Assembly: GCA_937937185.1 (NCBI GenBank)
Contig: CALDCO010000103.1
Coordinates: 1-45,272, forward strand
Source of the DNA: an uncultured Flavobacteriaceae bacterium
Lineage (GTDB): Bacteria > Bacteroidota > Bacteroidia > Flavobacteriales > Flavobacteriaceae
Direction of reading: 5' to 3'
DNA: 45,272 bases
Shown here piece after piece: positions 27,088 through 37,044 of the stretch. Under the pieces are notes generated by a model that was not told where the DNA came from, did not search any database, and saw only the letters and a program-made list of their open reading frames with translations. Numbering within the stretch: position 1 is the stretch's first letter; each line of letters opens with the position of its first letter. The position numbers were made by a program, and so were the translations under genes.

Positions 27088-29526
27088 GTTCCCAATTCTA
27101 ATAATGTCTGCAAACAATCCAGAAGCCGTAACTTCTGCACCAGCGCCAGCGCCTTTTACTATCATTGGTTGGTCTGGATAACGTTTGGTGTAAAACATCA
27201 CAATATTATCTTTTCCTTCAAGATTATAAAAAGGATGCCCCAAGGGGATTTCTTTTAATCCCACTTTTGCTTTTCCATTATTTAATTCAGCGACATACTT
27301 CAGTTGGCATTTCTTTTTTTCAGCAGCAGCGAATAAGTCTTGAAAATGTGTTTCTTCTTCAAGTAATGTATTGTAAAAATCACTAACAGAACCACTTTTT
27401 AAATTACTTTCAGTTAAAAAAGAATCATTAGTTATGTTTTCTAAATTCAATTTTAAACCACTTTCTCTAGCCAATATTAGTATTTTTCTAGCCACATCGA
27501 CACCACTTAAATCTATTCTAGGATCTGGTTCTGTATAACCTTCAAGTTGCGCTTGTTTTACGACATCGTGAAACTTAGTCTTATCATTAAAATTATTAAA
27601 GACAAAGTTTAAACTGCCAGATAAAACTGCTTGAATGGATGTTATTTTATCTCCCGAAGCGATTAAATTATTTAAAGTATTTAAAATTGGTAATCCAGCA
27701 CCTACATTAGTTTCAAATAAGAAAGGCGCGTTATATTTTAAAGACAACCGCTTTAATTCTTCGTAGTTTTCATATTCGCTGGAGCAGGCTATTTTATTGC
27801 AAGCCACTACTGCGATGTTTTCCTTTAGATAAGCACCGTATATTTTTGAAACCGATTCATTAGCAGTAATGTCTGTAAAAATACTATTTCTTAGGTTTAA
27901 GGATTTCGCTGTTTCCAGAAAACCATTTAAAGACGCTTTTTTACCTTCTTTTAATGTTGTTTTCCAATTGGACAAATCAATACCTTGATCATTAAAACAC
28001 ATGGTTCTAGAATTAGAGATGCCAATAACTCTAATATTAATTTTTAAGTTTTTAAGCAGGTAATTTTGCTGTTGATATATTTGTTCAACTAATTTTTCAC
28101 CCACATTGCCAACCCCAGTAATAAATAGGTTTAATTGTTTATTATTGCCTTCAAAAAAACGTTCGTGTAATGTGTTTAACGCTTTTTTAACGTCATTTTT
28201 AGCAATGACTGTGGATATGTTTTTTTCTGAAGCGCCTTGGGCTATTGCGCGTATATTAATATTATTTTGACCTAAAGCACTAAACAGCTTCCCACTTATG
28301 CCTTGATGGCTTTTCATACGATCGCCTACAAGCGCTATAATAGAGAGGTCCTTCTCTACAATAACAGGGTCAATTTTTTGCAATGAAATCTCATATTCAA
28401 AAACGCTATCAATGGCTATTTTTGCTACCTCTACATCATGTTGATCAATTCCGATACATATAGAGTGTTCAGAAGACGCTTGAGTAATTAAAATAACATT
28501 AATTCGTTCTAGTGCTAAGGTTTCAAATAAGCGCTTTGAAAACCCAGGGATGCCTACCATGCCATTGCCTTGAAGTGTTAAAAGCGAGATGTTATCTATA
28601 TTAGTTATTCCTTTTGCCGTTTTAGAAACACCATTACTTTCCTTACTAATTATAGTGCCTACATCATTAGGCTTTAAAGTATTTTTAATATGAATTGGGA
28701 TTTCTAAATTTAAAACAGGCTGTATGGTTGGCGGATATAATACTTTTGCACCAAAATGCGATAACTCCATCGCTTCTTGGTACGATAATTTTTTAATGGG
28801 CTGCGCTTGTTTTACTAATTTAGGATTTGCAGTAAACATACCACTTACATCTGTCCAGATTTCTAAGGTCTCAACTTTTAAGGCTGCAGCAATAATGGCC
28901 GCTGTAAAATCTGAACCACCTCTGCCTAATGTCGTTATTTCTCCTTTTTCAGATTTAGCAATAAAACCAGGAAGTACACTTATGCGTTGTGCTGCTTCAG
29001 CAAAATAGGTTTTAATATTGTTATTGGTTTGTGCATATTTAACCTCAGCCTTTGTAAAATTAGAATTGGTAACAATAAGTGATCTTGAGTTTTTTCTCTT
29101 AGCATCGATACCTCGACTTTTCATTGTTTCTGCAATAATTAACGAGGAGAGTCGCTCTCCATAACTCACTAATTTGTCTGAGGTGCTTGGAGACAATTCG
29201 TTTATTAAATAAATACCATCTAAAATACGTTTAAGCTTTTTTAATCGATCTTTTATAATGCTAACTATGAGATCGTTATTATTAGGAATGAGTGCTTTTA
29301 CAAAAGATAAATGTATCTCGGCAATGGCTTTATATTCTTGTTTGTATTTTTTCTCTTTTTGTTTTGCAAGTGTGCCTGCTTTTAAAAGTTTATCTGTAAT
29401 TCCCCCGATGGCCGAGACTACACAAATGATGTTATCTTTTTTAGAATAATCTTCTAATATAGAAACGACTTGGTTTATGTTTTTTGTAGAACCTACAGAA
29501 GTTCCGCCAAATTTTAAGACTTTCAT
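27082..29526 (-). CDS. thrA: Bifunctional aspartokinase / homoserine dehydrogenase
   Basis: N-terminal MKVLKFGGTSVGS aspartokinase, a central ACT-like region, and a C-terminal homoserine dehydrogenase with GVGNVG. 814 aa. Confidence 0.9.
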   Translation of the reverse strand: MKVLKFGGTSVGSTKNINQVVSILEDYSKKDNIICVVSAIGGITDKLLKAGTLAKQKEKKYKQEYKAIAEIHLSFVKALIPNNNDLIVSIIKDRLKKLKRILDGIYLINELSPSTSDKLVSYGERLSSLIIAETMKSRGIDAKRKNSRSLIVTNSNFTKAEVKYAQTNNNIKTYFAEAAQRISVLPGFIAKSEKGEITTLGRGGSDFTAAIIAAALKVETLEIWTDVSGMFTANPKLVKQAQPIKKLSYQEAMELSHFGAKVLYPPTIQPVLNLEIPIHIKNTLKPNDVGTIISKESNGVSKTAKGITNIDNISLLTLQGNGMVGIPGFSKRLFETLALERINVILITQASSEHSICIGIDQHDVEVAKIAIDSVFEYEISLQKIDPVIVEKDLSIIALVGDRMKSHQGISGKLFSALGQNNINIRAIAQGASEKNISTVIAKNDVKKALNTLHERFFEGNNKQLNLFITGVGNVGEKLVEQIYQQQNYLLKNLKINIRVIGISNSRTMCFNDQGIDLSNWKTTLKEGKKASLNGFLETAKSLNLRNSIFTDITANESVSKIYGAYLKENIAVVACNKIACSSEYENYEELKRLSLKYNAPFLFETNVGAGLPILNTLNNLIASGDKITSIQAVLSGSLNFVFNNFNDKTKFHDVVKQAQLEGYTEPDPRIDLSGVDVARKILILARESGLKLNLENITNDSFLTESNLKSGSVSDFYNTLLEEETHFQDLFAAAEKKKCQLKYVAELNNGKAKVGLKEIPLGHPFYNLEGKDNIVMFYTKRYPDQPMIVKGAGAGAEVTASGLFADIIRIGND

Positions 29527-29608
29527 TTTTTAATGAATTCAATATTTAATAATGTATTTTATAAGATTGTAATTATATATTACAAATAGGACTGGAGGTA
29601 TAATATAG

Positions 29609-29722
29609 TTAGTAACCCAAAAGGGTAATAAAGATCGTTGTAGTAGAAATAAATACCACAGGCGTATTGCCTCCAAATTGTGAAGTAATAATTGTTGTAT
29701 TAATTTGTGATCTAGTACTCAT
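29609..29722 (-). CDS. Candidate thr-operon leader peptide (37 codons, Thr/Ile-rich); too short for the ORF track
   Basis: Manual reverse-complement translation gives ATG...TAA = MSTRSQINTTIITSQFGGNTPVVFISTTTIFITLLGY, with 9 Thr and 6 Ile in 37 residues, in runs TTIIT and STTTIFIT. It ends 82 nt upstream of the thrA ATG, on the same strand. Confidence 0.55.
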   Translation of the reverse strand: MSTRSQINTTIITSQFGGNTPVVFISTTTIFITLLGY

Positions 29723-29741
29723 TTTTATATTCTATGCCAAC

Positions 29742-29749
29742 CAAAAGTA
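29742..29749 (-). promoter_or_regulatory. Candidate -7 promoter box (TACTTTTG) for the thr leader and operon
   Basis: The minus strand reads tacttttg (TAnnTTTG), 19 nt upstream of the leader ATG at 29722. Confidence 0.4.
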
Positions 29750-29871
29750 TTACATTTATACCTATAAAAAAATGAAAATCTAGTTTTTTAGCACATTATA
29801 ATAAATAGCGCTTGTTTTTTTTTATATCATGAATTTCAGGGCTTAAAATTAGTAATAACACAATTAATTAA

Positions 29872-31428
29872 ATGAAAATATTTTCCAAAGAACAGATTTA
29901 TGAAGGGGATAAATTAACGGCTAAAAAGCAGCAAATTTCTTCTACAAATTTAATGGAGCGCGCAGGAACACAAATTTTTAATTGGTTACACAGCCGGATG
30001 CAAGGTGCTCAGGTACCTATACATGTTTTTTGTGGTATTGGTAATAATGGCGGAGATGGTTTAGTCGTTGCCAGGCATTTGGTAACTCATGGCTACAATG
30101 TGGTAACCTATATCGTTAACTGTAGCGATAAACGCTCGAAAGATTTTTTAATTAATTACGATCGTATTAAAAACGTCACTAAAGATTGGCCTACGCTATT
30201 AACGTGCAGTGAAGATTTTCCTATTATAAAAGAACCAGATATTATTGTAGATGCCATTTTTGGTATTGGTATTAATCGCCCTGTTAGCGATTGGGTGAAA
30301 GCGCTGTTTAATTATTTTAGAGAAACGAAAGCTTTTGTGCTATCTATAGATGTTCCTTCAGGATTGCATACAGATAAAATTCCTGAAGACCCAGAGACTG
30401 TTGTTAATGCTGGATATACTTTAAGTTTTCAAACCCCTAAATTAGTGTTTTTTCTTCCTGAAACCGCTAAGTACACATCGCAGTGGGAGGTTTTAGATAT
30501 TGGTATAGACCCTGAATATTTATTTACAACTAATACGGAGGCAAGTTTAATAGGTAAGCATGAAGTATTACCAATGTATCTGCCAAGAGATCGATTTTCT
30601 CACAAAGGCGATTTTGGGCATGTTTTAGTTATTGGAGGCAGCTATGGAAAAATTGGAGCAGTACATTTAACGAGTCGCTCGGTGCTTAGTGCTGGTGCAG
30701 GAAAAGTGACTGCATTTGTGCCAAAATGTGGTTATACACCAATACAAACAGCGCTTCCTGAAGCTATGGTTATTACAGATAAAGATGAAGAAAAAATCAC
30801 TAAGATAGATTTTGATATCGCACCGACTGTTATTGCCTTTGGAGTTGGAATAGGCACCGATGCGAAATCGATATTAGCATTTGAAACTTTTCTAAAAACA
30901 AATGAAATTCCTTTAGTTATTGATGCAGATGGCTTAAATATTTTAGCGAAGAAAAAAACACTGTTAAAATTATTAAAACCGCAAACAGTTTTAACCCCGC
31001 ATCCTAGAGAATTAGAACGATTGATAGGAAAGTGGACTGATGATTTTGACAAGCTTAAAAAAGCAAAGGCATTTTCTAAAAAATACGGGGTAATAATTGT
31101 GATTAAGGGTGCAAACACCATTACTGTTTTTGAAAATAGACTATATGTTAACACTACAGGCAATCCAGGATTAGCAACAGCAGGAACAGGCGATGTACTT
31201 ACTGGTATTATAGCTGGATTACTTTCTCAGGGTTATCCCGCTTTGCAAGCGACTCTTTTTGGCGTGTATTTACATGGGAGATCTGCAGATATTGTATTAG
31301 AAGATTTAGGCTACCAAAGTATGATGGCTACGCATATTATCGAAGGTTTACCCGAGGCTTTTATCGATTTGTTTAAACAACCAGAGCAACCACAGATAGA
31401 AGAAGGCGAGCAAGAAAAAACGGAATAG
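29872..31428 (+). CDS. nnr: Bifunctional NAD(P)H-hydrate repair enzyme (epimerase + ADP-dependent dehydratase)
   Basis: YjeF-N motif GIGNNGGDGLVVARHL and a C-terminal carbohydrate-kinase-like domain with GTGDVLTGII. 518 aa. Confidence 0.85.
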   Translation: MKIFSKEQIYEGDKLTAKKQQISSTNLMERAGTQIFNWLHSRMQGAQVPIHVFCGIGNNGGDGLVVARHLVTHGYNVVTYIVNCSDKRSKDFLINYDRIKNVTKDWPTLLTCSEDFPIIKEPDIIVDAIFGIGINRPVSDWVKALFNYFRETKAFVLSIDVPSGLHTDKIPEDPETVVNAGYTLSFQTPKLVFFLPETAKYTSQWEVLDIGIDPEYLFTTNTEASLIGKHEVLPMYLPRDRFSHKGDFGHVLVIGGSYGKIGAVHLTSRSVLSAGAGKVTAFVPKCGYTPIQTALPEAMVITDKDEEKITKIDFDIAPTVIAFGVGIGTDAKSILAFETFLKTNEIPLVIDADGLNILAKKKTLLKLLKPQTVLTPHPRELERLIGKWTDDFDKLKKAKAFSKKYGVIIVIKGANTITVFENRLYVNTTGNPGLATAGTGDVLTGIIAGLLSQGYPALQATLFGVYLHGRSADIVLEDLGYQSMMATHIIEGLPEAFIDLFKQPEQPQIEEGEQEKTE

Positions 31429-31566
31429 TAAGGTTTTAATCGAGACAAATTAGCATAAAATTAAAAGGTTATGGCGAGTCTCAATTAATAAACCATTGTG
31501 GTAACGGTGTAAAATGTAGTAAAGATGTACACCAACAAAACAGGAGAAGCATGTTTATTGTTACTG

Positions 31567-31761
31567 CTAATTAATGTGAGTTCGATATAAGAAAATTGAC
31601 GTCAGTCAGAGTGATTTTAGGTAGAAAATTGTAGCGAAGACCAATAAATTTTCAATCAAAAGCCTAATTTCGATACAATTTTTCTTCGTTTCACTTTGAA
31701 AAATCACTCAATTTGACGGCTTTTTCATTTTAAATCCTTAGGTAGAACTCACTTTAATTAG
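31567..31761. mobile_element. Family-A MITE-like hairpin element, copy 1 (~195 bp)
   Basis: The termini ctaattaatgtgagttcga ... tagaactcactttaattag are inverted repeats, and the arms are largely self-complementary (gagtgatttt / aaaatcactc). The right half shares a 68-nt identical block with the copy at 38511-38702. No ORF. Confidence 0.75.
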
Positions 31762-31924
31762 TAAATAGACAGCAAAACTTCTTTAAAACATTTTATGCTG
31801 TAAATTTTAAAGTTAAAACGGTATTATGTGTAATAGTTAAAACTATTGAAAATAAAAGAAGGAAAACCAAACACATTACTCTCTTATATTTATTAATTTT
31901 GCAATTAAATTTAACCATTTAAGT

Positions 31925-32410
31925 ATGCTAGTAAATTTTAGTACCCTTCCAGAAGATTCTAGAGTTTGGATATATCAAGCAAATCGTTCTTTTTCTGAAC
32001 AAGAACTCGAAAATATTAAAGAAAAATTAGACCTTTTTATTACCAATTGGACAGCACATGGGAGTGATTTACAAGCAGGATACGATATTCGCTATAAGCG
32101 ATTCATTATTTTAGGGTTAAACCAAAATATTGCAAATGCCACTGGTTGTTCTATTGATGCTTCAGTACATTTTATTCAGCAACTAGAGAAAGATTATGGC
32201 GTGGATCTTATGGATAAAATGAACGTATCGTACAAGCAAGGTGCCTTTGTGGCCTACAAATCATTACTCGATTTTAAAAAAATGGCCAAACAACGAGCCA
32301 TTTCAAAAAATACCATAGTTTTTAATAATTTGGTATCAAATATTGCAGAGTTAAATGAGAATTGGGAAGTTCCAGCAAGTGAAAGCTGGCATAATAGGTT
32401 TTTAAATTAA
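31925..32410 (+). CDS. Conserved hypothetical cytoplasmic protein (161 aa)
   Basis: Clean ORF with an ATG start and no signal peptide. I recognise no catalytic motif. Confidence 0.5.
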   Translation: MLVNFSTLPEDSRVWIYQANRSFSEQELENIKEKLDLFITNWTAHGSDLQAGYDIRYKRFIILGLNQNIANATGCSIDASVHFIQQLEKDYGVDLMDKMNVSYKQGAFVAYKSLLDFKKMAKQRAISKNTIVFNNLVSNIAELNENWEVPASESWHNRFLN

Positions 32411-32597
32411 ATTAATTAGTGCCATTACCTAGCTATAAATGATTAACATACTATTATTTATATCTATTTTGCTTTAGACCGTTAATTATTTTCTTTATAA
32501 GTCTATTTGTTAGAATAGAAATTTCTTTTAAAAAAGTACTAATTTGGCATAGCTTTAGATATTATTACGACTAAGATTTTATAAATTAAACTAAAAC

Positions 32598-35519
32598 ATG
32601 TCTAAATACTTATTAACTATAATAGTATTCTTTTTTTACAGCTTTTGTATCGCTCAAAGTGTTATAAATCCATTGTTAACTCAAGATATTGAAGCACAAA
32701 CAAAATGGGTGGATAGCGTCTATAATTCATTATCTGTTAAAGAACGTATAGGGCAGCTTTACATGGTGCAAGTATTTTCTAACCAGGATAATAAAACTAA
32801 AACAGAGATTCTTAATTTAATTAAAGCCCATAAAATAGGCGGTATTATTTATTCTAAAGGCGACCCGGTTAAACAAGCCAAATTAAATAACGAATTGCAA
32901 AAAGCTTCAAAAACGCCTTTGCTTATTGGTATGGATGCAGAATGGGGCCTGAGTATGCGATTAGATTCTACATTTTCTTTTCCTTGGAACATGACATTAG
33001 GAGCAATAACCAATAACAAACTTGTAGAACAAACAGGAAAACAACTAGGAGAGCATTGTAAACGATTAGGAGTTCATTTTAATTTTGCTCCTGTTGTAGA
33101 TATCAACACGAATCCTAAAAACCCCATTATAGGAAACCGCTCTTTTGGTGAAGACAGAAATAATGTTACCGAAAAAGCACTCGCTTTTATGAAAGGCATG
33201 CAGAGTGCTGGTGTCTTAGCTAATGCAAAGCATTTTCCTGGACATGGCGATACCGATCAAGATTCTCATAAAACACTACCTACAGTTGCTTTTGATGAAA
33301 AAAGAATTGATTCTGTAGAATTATACCCCTATAAAAAGTTAATAAAAGAAGGGCTGTCTAGTGTTATGGTGGCGCACTTAAACATTCCAAGTTTAGAATC
33401 TAGAGCGGGTTATCCCTCATCACTTTCCAAAAATATAGTAACAAATATTCTTAAAGAACGGCTTCAATTTAACGGCTTAATTTTTACAGATGCTTTAACA
33501 ATGAAAGGGGCTTCTAATTTTAGCCAACCAGGCGATATCGATTTAGCAGCCTTTTTAGCAGGTAATGATGTGATGTTAATGTCTGAAGATGCCCCAAAAG
33601 CAATAGGTAAGTTTTTAAAAGCCTATTCTAACGGAGAAATAAAAGAGGAACGTTTAGCCCATTCAGTTAAAAAAGTATTGCGAGCAAAATATAAAGTGGG
33701 TTTAAATAAATACAAACCAATAGTTTTAGACCATTTACTTGAAGACCTTAACCGATTAAAAGACACCATACTTTACGAAGATTTGCTAGAAAATGCAATT
33801 ACTGTTGTTAAGGATAGTAGCCAATTATTACCATTACGTTATTTAGAAACTAAAAAAATAGCCTATGTTAAACTGGGAGATGCTGACGGTAAACCGTTTC
33901 TAAAAACCCTACGAAAATACGCGAAAGTACACGAAGTAAAATCAGATAATTTAGTAAGTTTAATTACTAAGCTTCAAAATTACAATACGGTTATTATTGG
34001 TTTTCACCGTTCTAACGAAAGCCCATGGAAAAGTTATAAGTTTAGCAAAAAAGAACTCACCTGGATACAAGAAATCGCTAAAATGAACCGGGTGGTTTTA
34101 AATGCATTTGTAAAACCTTATGCCTTATTAGATTTAGAATCTATCACTGATATTGAAAGCATTATGGTAAGCTATCAAAATAGTGAAATTGCGCAGCAAA
34201 AAGCCGCACAAATTATTTTTGGGGCACTCCCTGCACTAGGAAAGCTTCCCGTATCGGCTGGAGAATTTTTTAAAGTAGGCGATGGGGTTACCTACAAATC
34301 AATTAAACGATTAAGTTACACAACGCCAGAGCGAGCTGGAATGTCTTCTTCGGCATTAAAAAAAGTAGATTCTATTGCTCAATATGCAGTAAATTCTAGA
34401 ATGACACCCGGGATACAACTCGTAATAGCAAGGCATGGTAAAGTAATATACAGCAAGAATTTTGGTAAACACACCTATGAAGGAAGAGAAAAAGTGAAAT
34501 TTGAAGATGTTTACGATGTGGCGTCGTTAACTAAAATTGTAGGCACATTGCCCTTATTAATGGAGCTAGAGGAGCGAGGCGCTTTGTCTTTAGACAGTAA
34601 ATTATCAACATTGCTTCCCGATTATAAATCAACCAACAAGAAAAATGTAACCCTTAAGGCAATGCTTTCGCATTATGCTAAATTAAAACCCTGGATACCA
34701 TTTTATCATGCCACTTTAGATTCAATAACTAAAAAACCATCATCTAAATATTATAAAAACGCACCAAGTAAAAAATTTAGCGTAAAAGTAGCTAGTAATC
34801 TCTACTTAAGAAATGATTATAAAGATTCTATACAAGGCTTAATAAAAGAAAGTGATTTATTATCGAGTCTTCGTTATCGCTATAGCGATTTGCCCTATTA
34901 TATCTTAAAGAAATATATTGAAGGGTTTTATGACAAATCGTTAAATGAATTAGCGCAACAGCATTTTTACGAATCGCTAGGTGCAAATTACACCATGTAT
35001 AACCCTTACAATAAACTGAGTAATAAGAATATTATTCCAACTGAAAATGACGATTACTTTAGGTATCAAAAAATACAAGGTTATGTTCACGATATGGGAG
35101 CAGCAATGCAAGATGGCGTAGGAGGGCATGCTGGCGTGTTTAGTAATGCGAATGATATTGCCAAGATTATGCAATTGTATTTGCAAAAAGGTTACTATGG
35201 GGGAAAACGCTATTTAAAAGAAAGAACAATAGACAAATTTAATACCTGTTACTATTGTGATCGAAAAAATAGGCGAGGGGTTGGGTTTGATAAGCCCCAA
35301 TTGGGAGAATCTGGCCCTACCTGCGGCTGTGTAAGCATGACTAGCTTTGGGCATTCTGGGTTTACAGGTACTTATGCTTGGGCCGATCCTGAGAGTGAAA
35401 TAGTTTATGTGTTTTTAGCAAATAGAACCTATCCCTCCTCATCTGGAAAAAACCGACTATTAAGAGAAAATATTAGAACGAATATCCAAAGCGCTATTTA
35501 TGATGCTATAATAGATTAA
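32598..35519 (+). CDS. Secreted fusion of a GH3 beta-N-acetylhexosaminidase (NagZ-like) and a beta-lactamase/PBP-fold serine hydrolase
   Basis: Signal peptide. GH3 motifs GNRSFGED and KHFPGHGDTDQDSH. The C-terminal half has SxxK (ASLTK) and an HSG triad-like motif (GHSGFTGT). Confidence 0.85.
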   Translation: MSKYLLTIIVFFFYSFCIAQSVINPLLTQDIEAQTKWVDSVYNSLSVKERIGQLYMVQVFSNQDNKTKTEILNLIKAHKIGGIIYSKGDPVKQAKLNNELQKASKTPLLIGMDAEWGLSMRLDSTFSFPWNMTLGAITNNKLVEQTGKQLGEHCKRLGVHFNFAPVVDINTNPKNPIIGNRSFGEDRNNVTEKALAFMKGMQSAGVLANAKHFPGHGDTDQDSHKTLPTVAFDEKRIDSVELYPYKKLIKEGLSSVMVAHLNIPSLESRAGYPSSLSKNIVTNILKERLQFNGLIFTDALTMKGASNFSQPGDIDLAAFLAGNDVMLMSEDAPKAIGKFLKAYSNGEIKEERLAHSVKKVLRAKYKVGLNKYKPIVLDHLLEDLNRLKDTILYEDLLENAITVVKDSSQLLPLRYLETKKIAYVKLGDADGKPFLKTLRKYAKVHEVKSDNLVSLITKLQNYNTVIIGFHRSNESPWKSYKFSKKELTWIQEIAKMNRVVLNAFVKPYALLDLESITDIESIMVSYQNSEIAQQKAAQIIFGALPALGKLPVSAGEFFKVGDGVTYKSIKRLSYTTPERAGMSSSALKKVDSIAQYAVNSRMTPGIQLVIARHGKVIYSKNFGKHTYEGREKVKFEDVYDVASLTKIVGTLPLLMELEERGALSLDSKLSTLLPDYKSTNKKNVTLKAMLSHYAKLKPWIPFYHATLDSITKKPSSKYYKNAPSKKFSVKVASNLYLRNDYKDSIQGLIKESDLLSSLRYRYSDLPYYILKKYIEGFYDKSLNELAQQHFYESLGANYTMYNPYNKLSNKNIIPTENDDYFRYQKIQGYVHDMGAAMQDGVGGHAGVFSNANDIAKIMQLYLQKGYYGGKRYLKERTIDKFNTCYYCDRKNRRGVGFDKPQLGESGPTCGCVSMTSFGHSGFTGTYAWADPESEIVYVFLANRTYPSSSGKNRLLRENIRTNIQSAIYDAIID

Positions 35520-35679
35520 CTCGTTGAGATTTGAGTGATTGAAAGGTCAATAATGATTTATATTAGAAGTGCACTCTCATTATTATTTTTACAGTAGCTG
35601 TATTACAATTAAACAAAAAGCACAATAAATCAAAATATTAGAAGTTTTCAAGGTTTATAACGAGTAAAAACCTGATATC

Positions 35680-36204
35680 ATGAAAGAGTTTTTAACATTC
35701 CTTAGTGTATTAATTATTTGTTCTGCTTCTGCTCAAAAAAATGAAGATAAAACGATTTTAACAAAATTGGTTAATAATGAATGGATTAGCACTTTCAAAA
35801 AAACAAAATCCACCGCTAAAAAAATAGCACTAATCAAAGAAAAAATCATTTACGACTCTAAATTTGAATTTGAATCGTTTTTAGAGTTCGCTAAAATAAA
35901 TAGTGATAAGATGGTATTAGATAGTAATTCATATCACAAAAAAATTGAAGAATACAATAAAAAATATCCTGCAAAAAAAATACAATTTGTATTAACAGCA
36001 AGAAACAAAAGCAAAAATCTTGACATAAGAAAAAGCGAAAATATTAAACTTTTATTGAATGCATTAGATGAAGAAAATGTATCTGAAATAGCCTTTTTAG
36101 AACTGTCAGACTCTAATGTGAATTACGATGAAACAATGTCTGACCTGGTAATTGTAAAATCAAAAAACAAAGAATTAAAGCACATGATAAAAACATTGCT
36201 TTAA
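35680..36204 (+). CDS. Hypothetical secreted protein, Lys-rich
   Basis: Signal peptide MKEFLTFLSVLIICSASAQ. No recognised motif. Confidence 0.5.
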   Translation: MKEFLTFLSVLIICSASAQKNEDKTILTKLVNNEWISTFKKTKSTAKKIALIKEKIIYDSKFEFESFLEFAKINSDKMVLDSNSYHKKIEEYNKKYPAKKIQFVLTARNKSKNLDIRKSENIKLLLNALDEENVSEIAFLELSDSNVNYDETMSDLVIVKSKNKELKHMIKTLL

Positions 36205-36444
36205 GAAAGGGCTAAGAGCTAAAATACTGGGTGAGAATTTATAATTTAAACACATCTAAAAGAATATTTAAACTAGAAAAATAATGATCAACAACAAAAT
36301 GTAAAAATTGGTTTATTGGTTATGCCAAAAGTAATAAAAACATTTACCTAACTCGAAATGCAGTTTTACTAACTAAAAAATAGAGTTAACTAATTTTTGC
36401 TTTGCAACTACAAATTAGAATTGAATATTTGAAAAAACATAAAA

Positions 36445-37044
36445 ATGAAAAACATACTATTTACTTTTATTTTAACTATGTCTTTCGCAATTTCTAATGC
36501 GGCAGATAAGGCGATAATAACAGAAGTTGTTTTTGAAAACTTAACTGCAAAAAAATCAATTTCAGGAGATTTTTACATAAATGAAACTAATGAAAAAATT
36601 GAAATAAAAAACATTGAAAATTTCAAAATAACGTTACCAAATAAAGGGAAATATCAGTTTAGATTTATTACGGATGACTTTATTACTTTTGTTTCTTACC
36701 CAAAAAGAATTACAAGTAGAAAAAATGTTATTAGAATCCAATTAATGTCAAAATATTCCTTTCAAAATTTGAAAACTGAAATTACCAATGAGCAAATTGA
36801 AAATAGAATTTCGCACGAAAAAGTGAATTTTATCATGCATGGAATTGACAACTCAATACCACCTGAATATATAGAATTTAAGAAGAAATACGGCATAGGG
36901 CTAATAAAGGAAAATTGTGTAATAGATCCAATTTCAATGAAAAAAGCAAGAGAAAATAATCAACGAATTTTAAAATATTTAACAAACAAATATGGAGAAG
37001 GTTGGTTAAAAGAATTAAAAGAAAAACCATTTGGAATAAAATAA
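36445..37044 (+). CDS. Hypothetical secreted protein
   Basis: Signal peptide ...SFAISNA|AD. The C-terminal module EYIEFKKKYGIGLIKENCVID...ILKYLTNKYGEGWLKEL resembles a recurrent uncharacterised Bacteroidota module that I cannot name with confidence. Confidence 0.5.
   Translation: MKNILFTFILTMSFAISNAADKAIITEVVFENLTAKKSISGDFYINETNEKIEIKNIENFKITLPNKGKYQFRFITDDFITFVSYPKRITSRKNVIRIQLMSKYSFQNLKTEITNEQIENRISHEKVNFIMHGIDNSIPPEYIEFKKKYGIGLIKENCVIDPISMKKARENNQRILKYLTNKYGEGWLKELKEKPFGIK

Noticed and set aside
31571-31590. tRNA-like gagttcga motif in the family-A termini (also at 1721 and 38521) as a possible tRNA gene or fragment
   Set aside because: No acceptor, D or anticodon arms can be drawn around it. 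The motif is part of a terminal inverted repeat present at both ends of the element.
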